In this document: piece after piece, positions 48,075 to 56,716 of the stretch
Layout of the letters: the number at the start of each line of letters is the position of its first letter
How positions within the stretch are numbered: position 1 is the first letter of the stretch
Virus record (IMG/VR): IMGVR_UViG_3300021378_000004
Source: a virus
Reading direction: 5' to 3' (one strand)
DNA: 64,000 nucleotides
Notes under the pieces: model-generated
Told to the model about the DNA's origin: nothing
The model's input: the letters and a program-made list of their open reading frames with translations, nothing else
Databases searched by the model: none
Program-made: the position numbers and the translations under genes

Positions 48075-48775
48075 AGACTACATATAAACTATTAATCAAT
48101 CATAGTTTATGTCACTTTGCATTAATATATGGTGCAATATATGGAACATGGTGGATGTGGATAACAGGCTTTGCATGGTATTATTGCATCACAATTATGT
48201 CATCAAGCGCAGGTTATCATAGATTTTATTCACATGACGCATTTAAAGCTGGTAAATGGTTTGAATACTTTACTAACATTTTAAGTTTATTCATAGGTTC
48301 GGGCCCATACTTGACAAGAGCTGCAATACATAGACAACACCACGCATATTCTGATACAGAAAAAGATCCTCAATCACCAACACACTACGGCTTTTGGCGA
48401 ATTTATTTTAATTTGTGGGGGTTAGAACAAAAGATTGAAAGAAAGTTCTTTAAAGGTCTTATAAACAATAAAATACTTAAATTTTGGCATGATCACTATT
48501 TTAAAATGGTTAGTGTGTTAGTTATATTATTGTTTGTAATAGATCCATTGCTGTTAGTGTTTGCATATGCATTGCCATGCGTGTTAAGCTCACATCTGTT
48601 TGGATTATTTAACGCATACTTACATAAAACTGGTAAGGCAACTAACAATACGCTTATTAATCTTTTTACTGCAGGTGAAGGGTATCATAAAGCACATCAT
48701 GATAATTCAAAGAAATTAAGACACGGTCCGATAGATCCTACATATTTCTTTATAAAATTAATAAGGAATACGTAA
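48062..48775 (+). CDS. Delta-9-type fatty acid desaturase
   Basis: His boxes GYHRFYSH, HRQHH, GEGYHKAHH; TM segments. Confidence 0.9.
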   Translation: MFNIKTTYKLLINHSLCHFALIYGAIYGTWWMWITGFAWYYCITIMSSSAGYHRFYSHDAFKAGKWFEYFTNILSLFIGSGPYLTRAAIHRQHHAYSDTEKDPQSPTHYGFWRIYFNLWGLEQKIERKFFKGLINNKILKFWHDHYFKMVSVLVILLFVIDPLLLVFAYALPCVLSSHLFGLFNAYLHKTGKATNNTLINLFTAGEGYHKAHHDNSKKLRHGPIDPTYFFIKLIRNT

Positions 48776-49479
48776 TGGAAGTAATGATACAAGACTGGAA
48801 AGAAAAAGACCTAGCACCTCTTAAAAATAAAGATACTGACTTGATGGTCATAGAAAATACTCCAGCATCTCAGATTGAAATATTTAAGTTTGTAAGTCAG
48901 TACTATACAGTCGTAGGTCAAAATCCTATGGATACGATATTTCTTGATATTACAAGTAGCGGTGAAGGCCGTGGTAATCTTTATAGTAGTTCTGATTTAG
49001 AGTGGCATATGGACGGTGGTTATATGCAAAATCCAGTACACATAACTGGACTTTATGCAGTCGATGTGAATAATAACTCAGGTAGAACTATGTTTGTAAG
49101 TAATAGAATAGAATGCCCGATACCTGATAGATTAGTATCTGCAAATATGGATAGGTTTACAAAAAGCGAAAGATATGGATATAAATTTAAGACTGAGGCA
49201 GATAGAAGATGGTTTCGTTTAAAATATAGAAACGTAAAACATCAGTTAATACAAGAAGACTCTAAAAGTAAATATGTATTCTATTCAGAAGCCTACACTG
49301 ACTTGCCGCCTGACGAGAAAAAAATAATAGAAGATGTTCTTTATGCACCTGATAGAATATACTACCATAAGTGGAAGAAAGGTGATTTAATGATAAGTAA
49401 TAATCTCACTACTAATCATAAAAGAGAAGGTACTGTTGCTGGTAATAGACATCTATGGAGAATAGCTGGCGTATGTTAA
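48775..49479 (+). CDS. TauD/TfdA-family Fe/2OG dioxygenase
   Basis: WHMDG, GRTMF, HKWKKGDLMISNN..TNHKR, RHLWR. Confidence 0.85.
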   Translation: MEVMIQDWKEKDLAPLKNKDTDLMVIENTPASQIEIFKFVSQYYTVVGQNPMDTIFLDITSSGEGRGNLYSSSDLEWHMDGGYMQNPVHITGLYAVDVNNNSGRTMFVSNRIECPIPDRLVSANMDRFTKSERYGYKFKTEADRRWFRLKYRNVKHQLIQEDSKSKYVFYSEAYTDLPPDEKKIIEDVLYAPDRIYYHKWKKGDLMISNNLTTNHKREGTVAGNRHLWRIAGVC

Positions 49480-50000
49480 TGAAAAACATATATAATGTAG
49501 AAGATATTAAAGATCTCTGCGAACAAGCTACTAACGATAACCACCGTAATTCAGAGAACTACGAATACGATAAAATGAAAAAGAGATGGGATAAGTACTT
49601 ACAGTTTCATGTACTTGAAGACGATGGAATACCAGTAGCAATGGGCGGTATTACAAAGTTTAATGATAAAACAGTGCGAATATGCGATAGATATTGTACG
49701 TTTAGGTCTCATAGAAGATTTGGTATTAATAAGTTTATTAAGAAAAATATAAGATTTTGTGCTGAGAAGTTTGTTCCTACGCAAACGCAATGGTCGATAG
49801 AAAATAACTTCCAACCTTTTATATCAATGAGCGCAGAAGTTGATAAAACTCATTCAATTGAAAGATTTATAGAGTATCTTAATCCACAATATAACTATAG
49901 ACTATTACCAGATTTATATCTTACTTGTGATAGAAAAAGTATTAAGTGTCATCAACATATTATAACAAATAATAACACAATACAATTAATAAAAGTATAA
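49479..50000 (+). CDS. Hypothetical protein, possible GNAT fold
   Basis: PVAMGGI...VRICDRY pattern. Confidence 0.45.
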   Translation: MKNIYNVEDIKDLCEQATNDNHRNSENYEYDKMKKRWDKYLQFHVLEDDGIPVAMGGITKFNDKTVRICDRYCTFRSHRRFGINKFIKKNIRFCAEKFVPTQTQWSIENNFQPFISMSAEVDKTHSIERFIEYLNPQYNYRLLPDLYLTCDRKSIKCHQHIITNNNTIQLIKV

Positions 50001-50470
50001 TGGAAAGCAAATATTTAACACATCTTAATATTAAATATAATAAAAAAATGTTACGTGATGAATTGTTAACATTAAATTATACACAATATTTTACATCTTT
50101 AAACATCAAAGATAGATGGCTACGCTCAACTATAAATGACACTAGTTTATTTCCTAATATTAAAAAACTTCATAATTTATTTCCGGAAAGCGGCGTTGTT
50201 GCATATAAACTTCAATCTAATTCATATGTGCATATGCACACTGATCCATTAACATCATGCGCTGTCAATATTATATTATCTGATAACAACGGCCCCGTCG
50301 TATTTGAAGATTATGGCAAAATTAATTATGAATGTGCTTTATTTAATTGTAGTCTTAAACACGCAGTTCCTGCTTTTGACAATGAAAGACTATTATTAAA
50401 ATACTATTGGCAAAAAAAATCTTATGAAAAAATTAAACTACTATTAGCAGATTTTATAAAACACCACTAA
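50000..50470 (+). CDS. Small Fe/2OG oxygenase-like protein, paralog 2
   Basis: HTD...AVNIIL...YECALFN..KHAV...RLLLK. Confidence 0.6.
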   Translation: MESKYLTHLNIKYNKKMLRDELLTLNYTQYFTSLNIKDRWLRSTINDTSLFPNIKKLHNLFPESGVVAYKLQSNSYVHMHTDPLTSCAVNIILSDNNGPVVFEDYGKINYECALFNCSLKHAVPAFDNERLLLKYYWQKKSYEKIKLLLADFIKHH

Positions 50471-50912
50471 TTTTGTTAAGTGCTTCGTTATAAGTCATAT
50501 CAAATATCGATAACTTAAATAGTACACGGTCTTCTGTAATTGCAGATACTTTATGTTCTTCTTGCACGTTAATTAATGCGCATTCATATGAATAAGATTT
50601 TGATCTAAATTCAATAGGATCTTTTATATCACTTAGCACAAAGTTAATACAGCACTGAGTGCCACGATCTTTATGAAATGGCAGAGTGAAACCTTTCTCT
50701 TGTATATAATATCTCGGACTTACTTCACACTGTAATAGTTTTTTAAAATCAGATGTAATACTTTTACTATAGCAACCTATTGTTTTACTAATACTCCATT
50801 CTGGTATGTCTTTTTTTGTTAAGGGATCATTAAAAGATACGTAACCGTCTGCATATAACGCTTCATCTCGTAATTTTTTTTTACGAAATTTATAATTTAA
50901 TTCTGATAACAT
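50454..50912 (-). CDS. Small Fe/2OG oxygenase-like protein, paralog 3
   Basis: HKD...CINFVL...YECALINV..EHKV...RVLFK. Confidence 0.6.
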   Translation of the reverse strand: MLSELNYKFRKKKLRDEALYADGYVSFNDPLTKKDIPEWSISKTIGCYSKSITSDFKKLLQCEVSPRYYIQEKGFTLPFHKDRGTQCCINFVLSDIKDPIEFRSKSYSYECALINVQEEHKVSAITEDRVLFKLSIFDMTYNEALNKISGVL

Positions 50913-51554
50913 TTATATAACTTCCTTTACAAATTTTATTAATAACCCCATTTTAATACTAAAACCATTATTTGTATTTTCTGAATTGTGTAATTGACAT
51001 GAGTCAAAAACAAAAACACTTTTAGGATCCCATGTGTATTCATTTTCAATTTCTAAATCTTTTATATTAATGTGTGCACCTTTTGCACCTTTTGTACCAG
51101 ACACACTCCATGTCGGATATCTATTCTTATAAAACGTAATCTTACCACCATCACCATCTGACCACAATGGTATTAATATATTTCTCCACGGAACGCATTT
51201 TCCATAATTATTTTTTTTTGATTTGTGATATGAATCAGTGTGATATCCGTATTCAACTGCAGTAATAAAAAAATTACCACCATATTGTATTTTTGGATTA
51301 GGTAAAACATTGTTAATTCTATCTTTGTATCGAGAAATAATATCTTTATAGTCGTTGTTAATAAATATTGTTTTATTCCATACGTTAGTTCTGGCTTCTC
51401 CATTTCGAAAAGCGTACTTCCAAATATAATCTATGTCACCATCATTAAAGAAATTTTTATATTGTACTGAAGATTCGTATTGCGATTTAATAGCATCGCG
51501 TGCAAAATGCGTGTCAAGATCCATGATTATATTATCTTTCATACAATAATCCAA
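50913..51554 (-). CDS. Fe/2OG oxygenase-like protein
   Basis: YHTD, ILIPL, VFVFDSCQLHNS, K. Confidence 0.65.
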   Translation of the reverse strand: MDYCMKDNIIMDLDTHFARDAIKSQYESSVQYKNFFNDGDIDYIWKYAFRNGEARTNVWNKTIFINNDYKDIISRYKDRINNVLPNPKIQYGGNFFITAVEYGYHTDSYHKSKKNNYGKCVPWRNILIPLWSDGDGGKITFYKNRYPTWSVSGTKGAKGAHINIKDLEIENEYTWDPKSVFVFDSCQLHNSENTNNGFSIKMGLLIKFVKEVI

Positions 51555-52014
51555 ATCGATTCAATCGATCGACAACCTCGTCCCATTTATGTCTTAAACA
51601 AAACTTTAGTATTAACCTGTGATTTGTATCTGGTTCAACGCCGTGTAACTTTCCTCCTACATCAATTAACGCACATTCGTATGGATATGGTTTATTCTCA
51701 ATATGTATTATTGGTGTTGTGTCTAACAGATTAATATTAATTGACACCATATTATCTTCATCTCGATGATGTCCGAGTTTTGTGTTAGGAAATTGATACG
51801 AGAATCGAGGAAAGTTATTCATACCATGTATATTTAAATCACGTTCTACAGGCTCAATTAAAGGTTTAAGGTCATGCCCATCAGGTATCATTAACTGATA
51901 CCAAAACAATTCCTGTCGATTCGGCACAGACCAATGCCACTGGCCTCGTTGTATATTATCATAAAAGATTTTTTTATATCGATTCTTATCGATTTCATAG
52001 TCACAATGTATCAT
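51532..52014 (-). CDS. Small Fe/2OG oxygenase-like protein, paralog 4
   Basis: HRD...SININL...YECALIDV..LHGV...RLILK. Confidence 0.6.
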   Translation of the reverse strand: MIHCDYEIDKNRYKKIFYDNIQRGQWHWSVPNRQELFWYQLMIPDGHDLKPLIEPVERDLNIHGMNNFPRFSYQFPNTKLGHHRDEDNMVSININLLDTTPIIHIENKPYPYECALIDVGGKLHGVEPDTNHRLILKFCLRHKWDEVVDRLNRFGLLYER

Positions 52015-52667
52015 GTCATTTTAATAAAACTATCTTTTGATGGTTTAAATTTTCTATTCCATGTAGTCTTAATACGCGAATCAACATTCATATGATCCCA
52101 TCCTATATGAATTCCATCTCTATTATATACTTCAGCTTTCATTATATTTGATTTTGCTGCAGGTACTCCATAACCTATTCCTATTGATATCACTGCCTCT
52201 GCATCTTTATTATAACCAAGTTTCTCTGCTGTTTTTTTTCTGGACATGCAACCACAAAATCCAGTATTTAATCCACGCTCTTCTGCTGCTAACATCGCGA
52301 CTGTTGAACTTGATACACAATCATTAATAATATCATTTTTTTGGTATTTATTTTTAAATTCTGCAACCCATGTCATAACAATTGGTGCCAACACTTGTCC
52401 ATTAAATCTATTAAGTAAAGGATCTCTACTGAGAGGTCGTATATCTTTGTGTCCTTCTACACATACACTGTCTTCCCAATACATCCATTCTTTAATTTCA
52501 TTTGCTTTTTTACTATCATTTAAAACATGTATAGTGTAATTATACTTATTCTGTTTAGAAGGGCATTCGTACAAACAATCAAGTATGTAACGAATTTTTT
52601 CTGGTTCGACTTTTGTTTCTAACCACCACTTAGATGTAAATCTCTTTGTTAATATATCTTTTAACAC
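52011..52667 (-). CDS. Nitroreductase-family protein
   Basis: KRFTSKWW, CPSKQN, AMLAAEERGLNTGFCG, IGIGY. Confidence 0.8.
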   Translation of the reverse strand: MLKDILTKRFTSKWWLETKVEPEKIRYILDCLYECPSKQNKYNYTIHVLNDSKKANEIKEWMYWEDSVCVEGHKDIRPLSRDPLLNRFNGQVLAPIVMTWVAEFKNKYQKNDIINDCVSSSTVAMLAAEERGLNTGFCGCMSRKKTAEKLGYNKDAEAVISIGIGYGVPAAKSNIMKAEVYNRDGIHIGWDHMNVDSRIKTTWNRKFKPSKDSFIKMT

Positions 52668-52684
52668 TGTGTAAATCTCTCATT

Positions 52685-52867
52685 TTACATATTCTCACTT
52701 CGTCTCCAACGACAATACGCGTTAAATAAATTCATATTGAACCACATTAACATTCCTGCGAGTATCGGACTCATTAACATCATCTTATAACATATGAATA
52801 ACATACACGAAGTCACACCAACCATCATATGGTCTCTTGTCTCTAACGTTCTACTCACTGAAATCAT
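52685..52867 (-). CDS. Small membrane protein
   Basis: Hydrophobic; part of a chain of tiny minus-strand ORFs. Confidence 0.45.
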   Translation of the reverse strand: MISVSRTLETRDHMMVGVTSCMLFICYKMMLMSPILAGMLMWFNMNLFNAYCRWRRSENM

Positions 52868-53203
52868 CCTTTATTTTACGTTCCATTATATTATGTTCCT
52901 CCGGATTGTTTCTTCTCCACTCTCTGTCCTTATACCAATCGTACATAAACATATACAATCCTACACATAACGCACTTATTACTCCATACATTAATATTTC
53001 AATCATTTCTTCACACTCTCTTCATACTTCTTTTGGTCTGAATCACTCCAAACTCTCGTCCAACCCGTATTCTTCCATACTTTCAATCCCGAACCATTGT
53101 ATTCCCACGGTCGATTATCAGGATCTAACTCAATTATTTTCATATTTGCAATATCATCCATAAACATATTCCTATCATTATAACATATAATCCTATATAA
53201 ACC

Positions 53204-53392
53204 TTAAACATTCTTCCAATATTCCATTCTGTCATTCCAACACGTACGATTCGTATCATGTTCTATCAATTTCTCTATATAATGGTCATGTTCTACACTA
53301 TATAACTCTCGTTCAGTCTCACCAAACGCTCTCCTATAGACAGTCTTACCCTTATCCGGACTCTCATATATGTATTTCTTATACTTTTCCAT
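53204..53392 (-). CDS. Hypothetical protein
   Basis: YIYESPDKGKTVYRR motif. Confidence 0.6.
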   Translation of the reverse strand: MEKYKKYIYESPDKGKTVYRRAFGETERELYSVEHDHYIEKLIEHDTNRTCWNDRMEYWKNV

Positions 53393-53815
53393 TCATTATC
53401 CTATATAACTTAATCCTTAATTCTTTAATCTTTTCCTTATGTATACGTATAATATCAACAATAGGTTTCTCTTTAATAACCTTATTCTTTAATAAACTAT
53501 AATCAAACTTCTTATTCATCGATTTCTCGTTAGTATTATTGCCATTAGTATACTATAATATAATCTCATTAATAATTCGTATGGAAGGGAGTCATCGTAT
53601 CGTAATAATCTATATAAAAGACTATGTGATATCATATAGTAATGTACCGTAACGAATGACTCATAATACTATATATACGTCCTGCAATGTGTACAATCTG
53701 CACAAACTGTATGTGATTCAGAGAAACTAAGGTATCTCCATGAACGAACGGATACCTTAGTGACCACGGCAGAGCGCCGATTTTTCTCTCATACCACAGA
53801 AAAAGTGCACGGTGG

Positions 53816-53867
53816 TTAACATGTTATGTTCTTTTTCCTTTACATTTACGCGAATCTATGGTATAAT
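53816..53867 (+). promoter_or_regulatory. AACATGTT palindrome plus early promoter
   Basis: TTAACATGTTA at 53816; TTTACA-N17-TATAAT 53839-53867. Confidence 0.75.
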
Positions 53868-53897
53868 AAAAGAGTATACGGGGAGAAGGGGATATAC
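53857..53897 (+). repeat. 41-bp element, inverted copy of 4547-4587
   Basis: TATGGTATAATAAAAGAGTATACGGGGAGAAGGGGATATAC. Confidence 0.95.
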
Positions 53898-53945
53898 ACT
53901 CTGTGACTAATCATTAAATTAATTGCATTTAATTGAAAATAACTG

Positions 53946-53974
53946 TGTACATTCCCTTAAAACTATGGTATAAT
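53946..53974 (+). promoter_or_regulatory. Early promoter
   Basis: TGTACA-N17-TATAAT. Confidence 0.75.
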
Positions 53975-54007
53975 ATAATATATTAAAATAAAGAAAGAGG
54001 AATTAAT

Positions 54008-54217
54008 ATGTCAAAATACTTTACAGTTCTAACCGCCACTGACACTTCACTAGACGGTAAGTCTTATTACTCAGGTCAGGATAAGTCCGAGGACAAATCG
54101 ATTGATATCGCCATACAGAACTATACTATAGGGAAAATGAATACCGACGACCAGGTATTCGCTATTCGCACCTATGATGATATCGGTTCTGTGTCTCTTA
54201 AATCAATACGCCAATAG
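54008..54217 (+). CDS. Hypothetical early protein
   Basis: GAGG SD after the promoter. Confidence 0.55.
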   Translation: MSKYFTVLTATDTSLDGKSYYSGQDKSEDKSIDIAIQNYTIGKMNTDDQVFAIRTYDDIGSVSLKSIRQ

Positions 54218-54459
54218 GGTGTCACAAAGAGGTCCCTCAGACACTCGCTGAGGGACGAAGCGTACAGTAGATAGGTGGTACTACCTCTATATAAAGGGGG
54301 GTCTATATTTGGAAAGTACGAAGGGGCCGTAGATGGTCACTAGTATATCGCGTCTCTGTAATGATTCAGAAGTTTTTTTCAGAAACCTTTTATTTAAATT
54401 TTTTTTCTCTGGAAAATTTCGTCTCTCTACCTTTTTTCAGAAAGCATATAGATAATAGT

Positions 54460-55149
54460 ATGTCACACTTAATATGTAATATCCCCAACCAAAAGGTATG
54501 GGTACGCCGTGAGTATCTGAGAGATCTTCAAGATGGTCATGGAGAATTCGTCGAAGGCCACTGGGTATCAGCAAAGAGCCTGCCAGGTCGTGCCTTTTAT
54601 TTTGAGACTTTCCTGCCAGAATACGGAGCCTTATTTGATAAACTCCCTATAAGTGCATTTGTATCTGATCCTGAGACTCCCTCTATAGATATGGCATTAC
54701 CTGATCTACAGTTCTGGAATTGTATGGACTATGGTGTTACTTGTATACAGAAACAATTCATTGGATCTATGGATTTTGAGATATATACAAAGAATCATGG
54801 ATTTATGAAAGGTCAATACATTGCAACCTTAGATAACTACCATGTACACGCAGACGAGATTGATTATTCTACTGCTGAACAGCCAGATGAACACAAGTCT
54901 TTTAATTTGTTGGAATTGGAGAATGGGCAGTATTGTTTATATCCGAATAACCGAATGAGAGTGTATGATAATAGCCTCACTCCGAAAAATCCGAAGATGC
55001 CAGACTTCCGAGTCTCTACTGAATACTATCAGGTTGAGAACGGAAATGAGTACAGGCTCGGAGATACGGAGGAGTACTATTACGATATCGATAAAGACAG
55101 CGATGATGATACTCTACCATCTACTGTATTATTGAATCAAGGCTGCTAG
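54460..55149 (+). CDS. Conserved phage hypothetical protein (probable start MSHLICNIP)
   Basis: VRREYL, GALFDKLPISAF, LQFWNC, EHKS, NGQYCLYPNNR. Confidence 0.75.
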   Translation: MSHLICNIPNQKVWVRREYLRDLQDGHGEFVEGHWVSAKSLPGRAFYFETFLPEYGALFDKLPISAFVSDPETPSIDMALPDLQFWNCMDYGVTCIQKQFIGSMDFEIYTKNHGFMKGQYIATLDNYHVHADEIDYSTAEQPDEHKSFNLLELENGQYCLYPNNRMRVYDNSLTPKNPKMPDFRVSTEYYQVENGNEYRLGDTEEYYYDIDKDSDDDTLPSTVLLNQGC

Positions 55150-55154
55150 GTTTA

Positions 55155-55250
55155 CTAGGCCGCGTGTTTGCGATAGTTCAGTATCTTATGAACTTGAGCA
55201 CGTCTTCGCGCCTGTACAAACTTCATCCATTGGTATGGTCTGTAAGTCAT
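55155..55250 (-). CDS. 31-aa basic peptide downstream of the glutamine riboswitch (not in ORF track)
   Basis: SD GGGAGG; MTYRPYQWMKFVQARRRAQVHKILNYRKHAA. Confidence 0.65.
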   Translation of the reverse strand: MTYRPYQWMKFVQARRRAQVHKILNYRKHAA

Positions 55251-55277
55251 GTGTCACCCTCCCTGTAGTATGGTTAG

Positions 55278-55327
55278 GTGCGTTCCTTCAGCGATCGCCT
55301 ACTTCCGCCCGTATCGGGTGAACGTAA
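55278..55327 (-). promoter_or_regulatory. Glutamine riboswitch (glnA RNA motif)
   Basis: Minus strand CGTTC-A-CCCG-ATA-CGGG-CGGAAGTA-GGCGATCGCT-GAA-GGAACG: P1, P2, and E-loop P3 architecture. Confidence 0.8.
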
Positions 55328-55330
55328 TAC

Positions 55331-55338
55331 TATTTATA
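55331..55338 (-). promoter_or_regulatory. Late promoter driving the riboswitch transcript
   Basis: TATAAATA on the minus strand, 6 nt upstream of P1. Confidence 0.75.
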
Positions 55339-55398
55339 TTACAGTGAGAAAAAAAATCCTCTTAAGGGAAAAAAAATTCAAATAAGTGAAAAAAAGAG

Positions 55399-55427
55399 TG
55401 TACATTCAGTGAAAAGCATGGTATAAT
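55399..55427 (+). promoter_or_regulatory. Early promoter
   Basis: TGTACA-N17-TATAAT. Confidence 0.75.
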
Positions 55428-55461
55428 ATAAGTATATAAAATTAAAAATAGGAGTTTTTAT

Positions 55462-55659
55462 ATGTATACATCATCACAATCAAACCAATCACCATTAACA
55501 CTTACCATCAAAACTACCTTTCCGGACGGCGATATCGAATATACACAACAAACTTTTCAAAACTATATTCTCGAACACAAACGTCTCGAAAAAGTTCATA
55601 ACCAAAAAATCAAATTCGAAATACTTAACTCACCAGAATTTATTTCTAATAACCTTTAA
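55462..55659 (+). CDS. Hypothetical early protein (G-poor)
   Basis: AGGAG SD after the promoter. Confidence 0.55.
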   Translation: MYTSSQSNQSPLTLTIKTTFPDGDIEYTQQTFQNYILEHKRLEKVHNQKIKFEILNSPEFISNNL

Positions 55660-55670
55660 CATATCGGAGT

Positions 55671-55904
55671 TTGAATCAAATGTTTAAAAACAAAACAGCC
55701 ACTGCAGCTTTAGACCACTATTATACTCAGTTCGATGTGGAGAATTTTAAGTACGGAGATATCGAAGGTAAAGCTGCCTTTGAATGTTTCTGTGCACAGA
55801 ACGATGAATTCTTTCTTGAATTTATTTGTGCGTACCTTGATATCATAAATGATGTTCCTGCTACGTATCCTAAGTGGTCACACTATAAAGATAGTACTGT
55901 TTAA
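55671..55904 (+). CDS. Hypothetical protein
   Basis: GGAG SD; acidic protein. Confidence 0.55.
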   Translation: MNQMFKNKTATAALDHYYTQFDVENFKYGDIEGKAAFECFCAQNDEFFLEFICAYLDIINDVPATYPKWSHYKDSTV

Positions 55905-55972
55905 CATGTTAATCACAAACTTTGAAATAAGTGAATTTTTTCCTTTACATTTGTCTCAAAGCATGGTATAAT
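55901..55972 (+). promoter_or_regulatory. TTAACATGTTAA palindrome plus early promoter
   Basis: Palindrome 55901-55912; TTTACA-N17-TATAAT 55944-55972. Confidence 0.75.
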
Positions 55973-56009
55973 ATTACTATAAAATGAAAAATTAACGGGA
56001 GTTTATATT

Positions 56010-56312
56010 ATGATATCAGTCACAGTCACACACGATGCAGCCATTCCTTACAATGCAGCTTCAGTCGATGTTCCAACTAATGATCTTAACGAGGCTTTAA
56101 ACTATGCCTTTAGATACACTCAGAACACAGATGGTTCTTGGTCTAATAAGATTGGTAGTGACGCTAACGAAAATGTTACGGTCCTTCATTATTTAAATAG
56201 TGGTAATGGTCTTAGAAGTACATCAGTTGGCGATACTTTTACTGTATGGTTTAATGGTAAAGAATTTAAAAAGTTTGAGTGTGCAGGAATTGGTTTCAAG
56301 GAGATTGTGTAA
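56010..56312 (+). CDS. Hypothetical early protein
   Basis: AFRYTQN..GSW, RSTSVGD, GF motifs. Confidence 0.65.
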   Translation: MISVTVTHDAAIPYNAASVDVPTNDLNEALNYAFRYTQNTDGSWSNKIGSDANENVTVLHYLNSGNGLRSTSVGDTFTVWFNGKEFKKFECAGIGFKEIV

Positions 56313-56518
56313 TGGCACATTCTTCTGATGAAATCAATACGCGTAATCATCCATTCGTGGGTGTTACGTGGCCTGTAACTGGATCTCGTGGAGATGATTA
56401 TCAAGTTCGTATGTATGACAGCGGATTTGATTGTAGTTGTATTGCTTATAGAAAGTGTAAGCATATTAAATCTGTTGAAGATAAAATTCTAGGTAAGGAT
56501 ATTCCTTTAACATGTTAA
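56312..56518 (+). CDS. SWIM zinc-finger protein
   Basis: VTGSRGDDY, CSC...CKH. Confidence 0.7.
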   Translation: MAHSSDEINTRNHPFVGVTWPVTGSRGDDYQVRMYDSGFDCSCIAYRKCKHIKSVEDKILGKDIPLTC

Positions 56519-56578
56519 TAACAAAAATGCAAATAAGTGAAAAAAAGCCTTTACTTTTAGATAAAAGTATGGTATAAT
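56507..56578 (+). promoter_or_regulatory. TTAACATGTTAA palindrome plus early promoter
   Basis: Palindrome 56507-56518; TTTACT-N17-TATAAT 56550-56578. Confidence 0.75.
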
Positions 56579-56716
56579 ATTACTATAAGATTGAAAAGGG
56601 AGTCTATATTATGAATAAAATTATTAAACAAGCATTAATCGAAACTGCAGTGTGGGGTACTCTCACTACTCAAGTTCTATTTGTTTATTTTTACGTGTTA
56701 TAAGGAGGATTATATA

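Noticed and set aside
52837-53163. 108-aa plus-strand ORF
   Set aside because: Ser/Leu/Ile-rich by-product of the G-poor skew; the opposite strand holds small ORFs with SD sites
4547-53897. Transposon or invertible element bounded by the 41-bp inverted repeats
   Set aside because: The enclosed 49 kb is core phage genome in normal synteny, and no transposase or recombinase is visible
15149-56578. CRISPR array from the recurring AACATGTT/promoter repeats
   Set aside because: Copies are dispersed, degenerate and tied to promoters, with no regular repeat-spacer period and no cas genes
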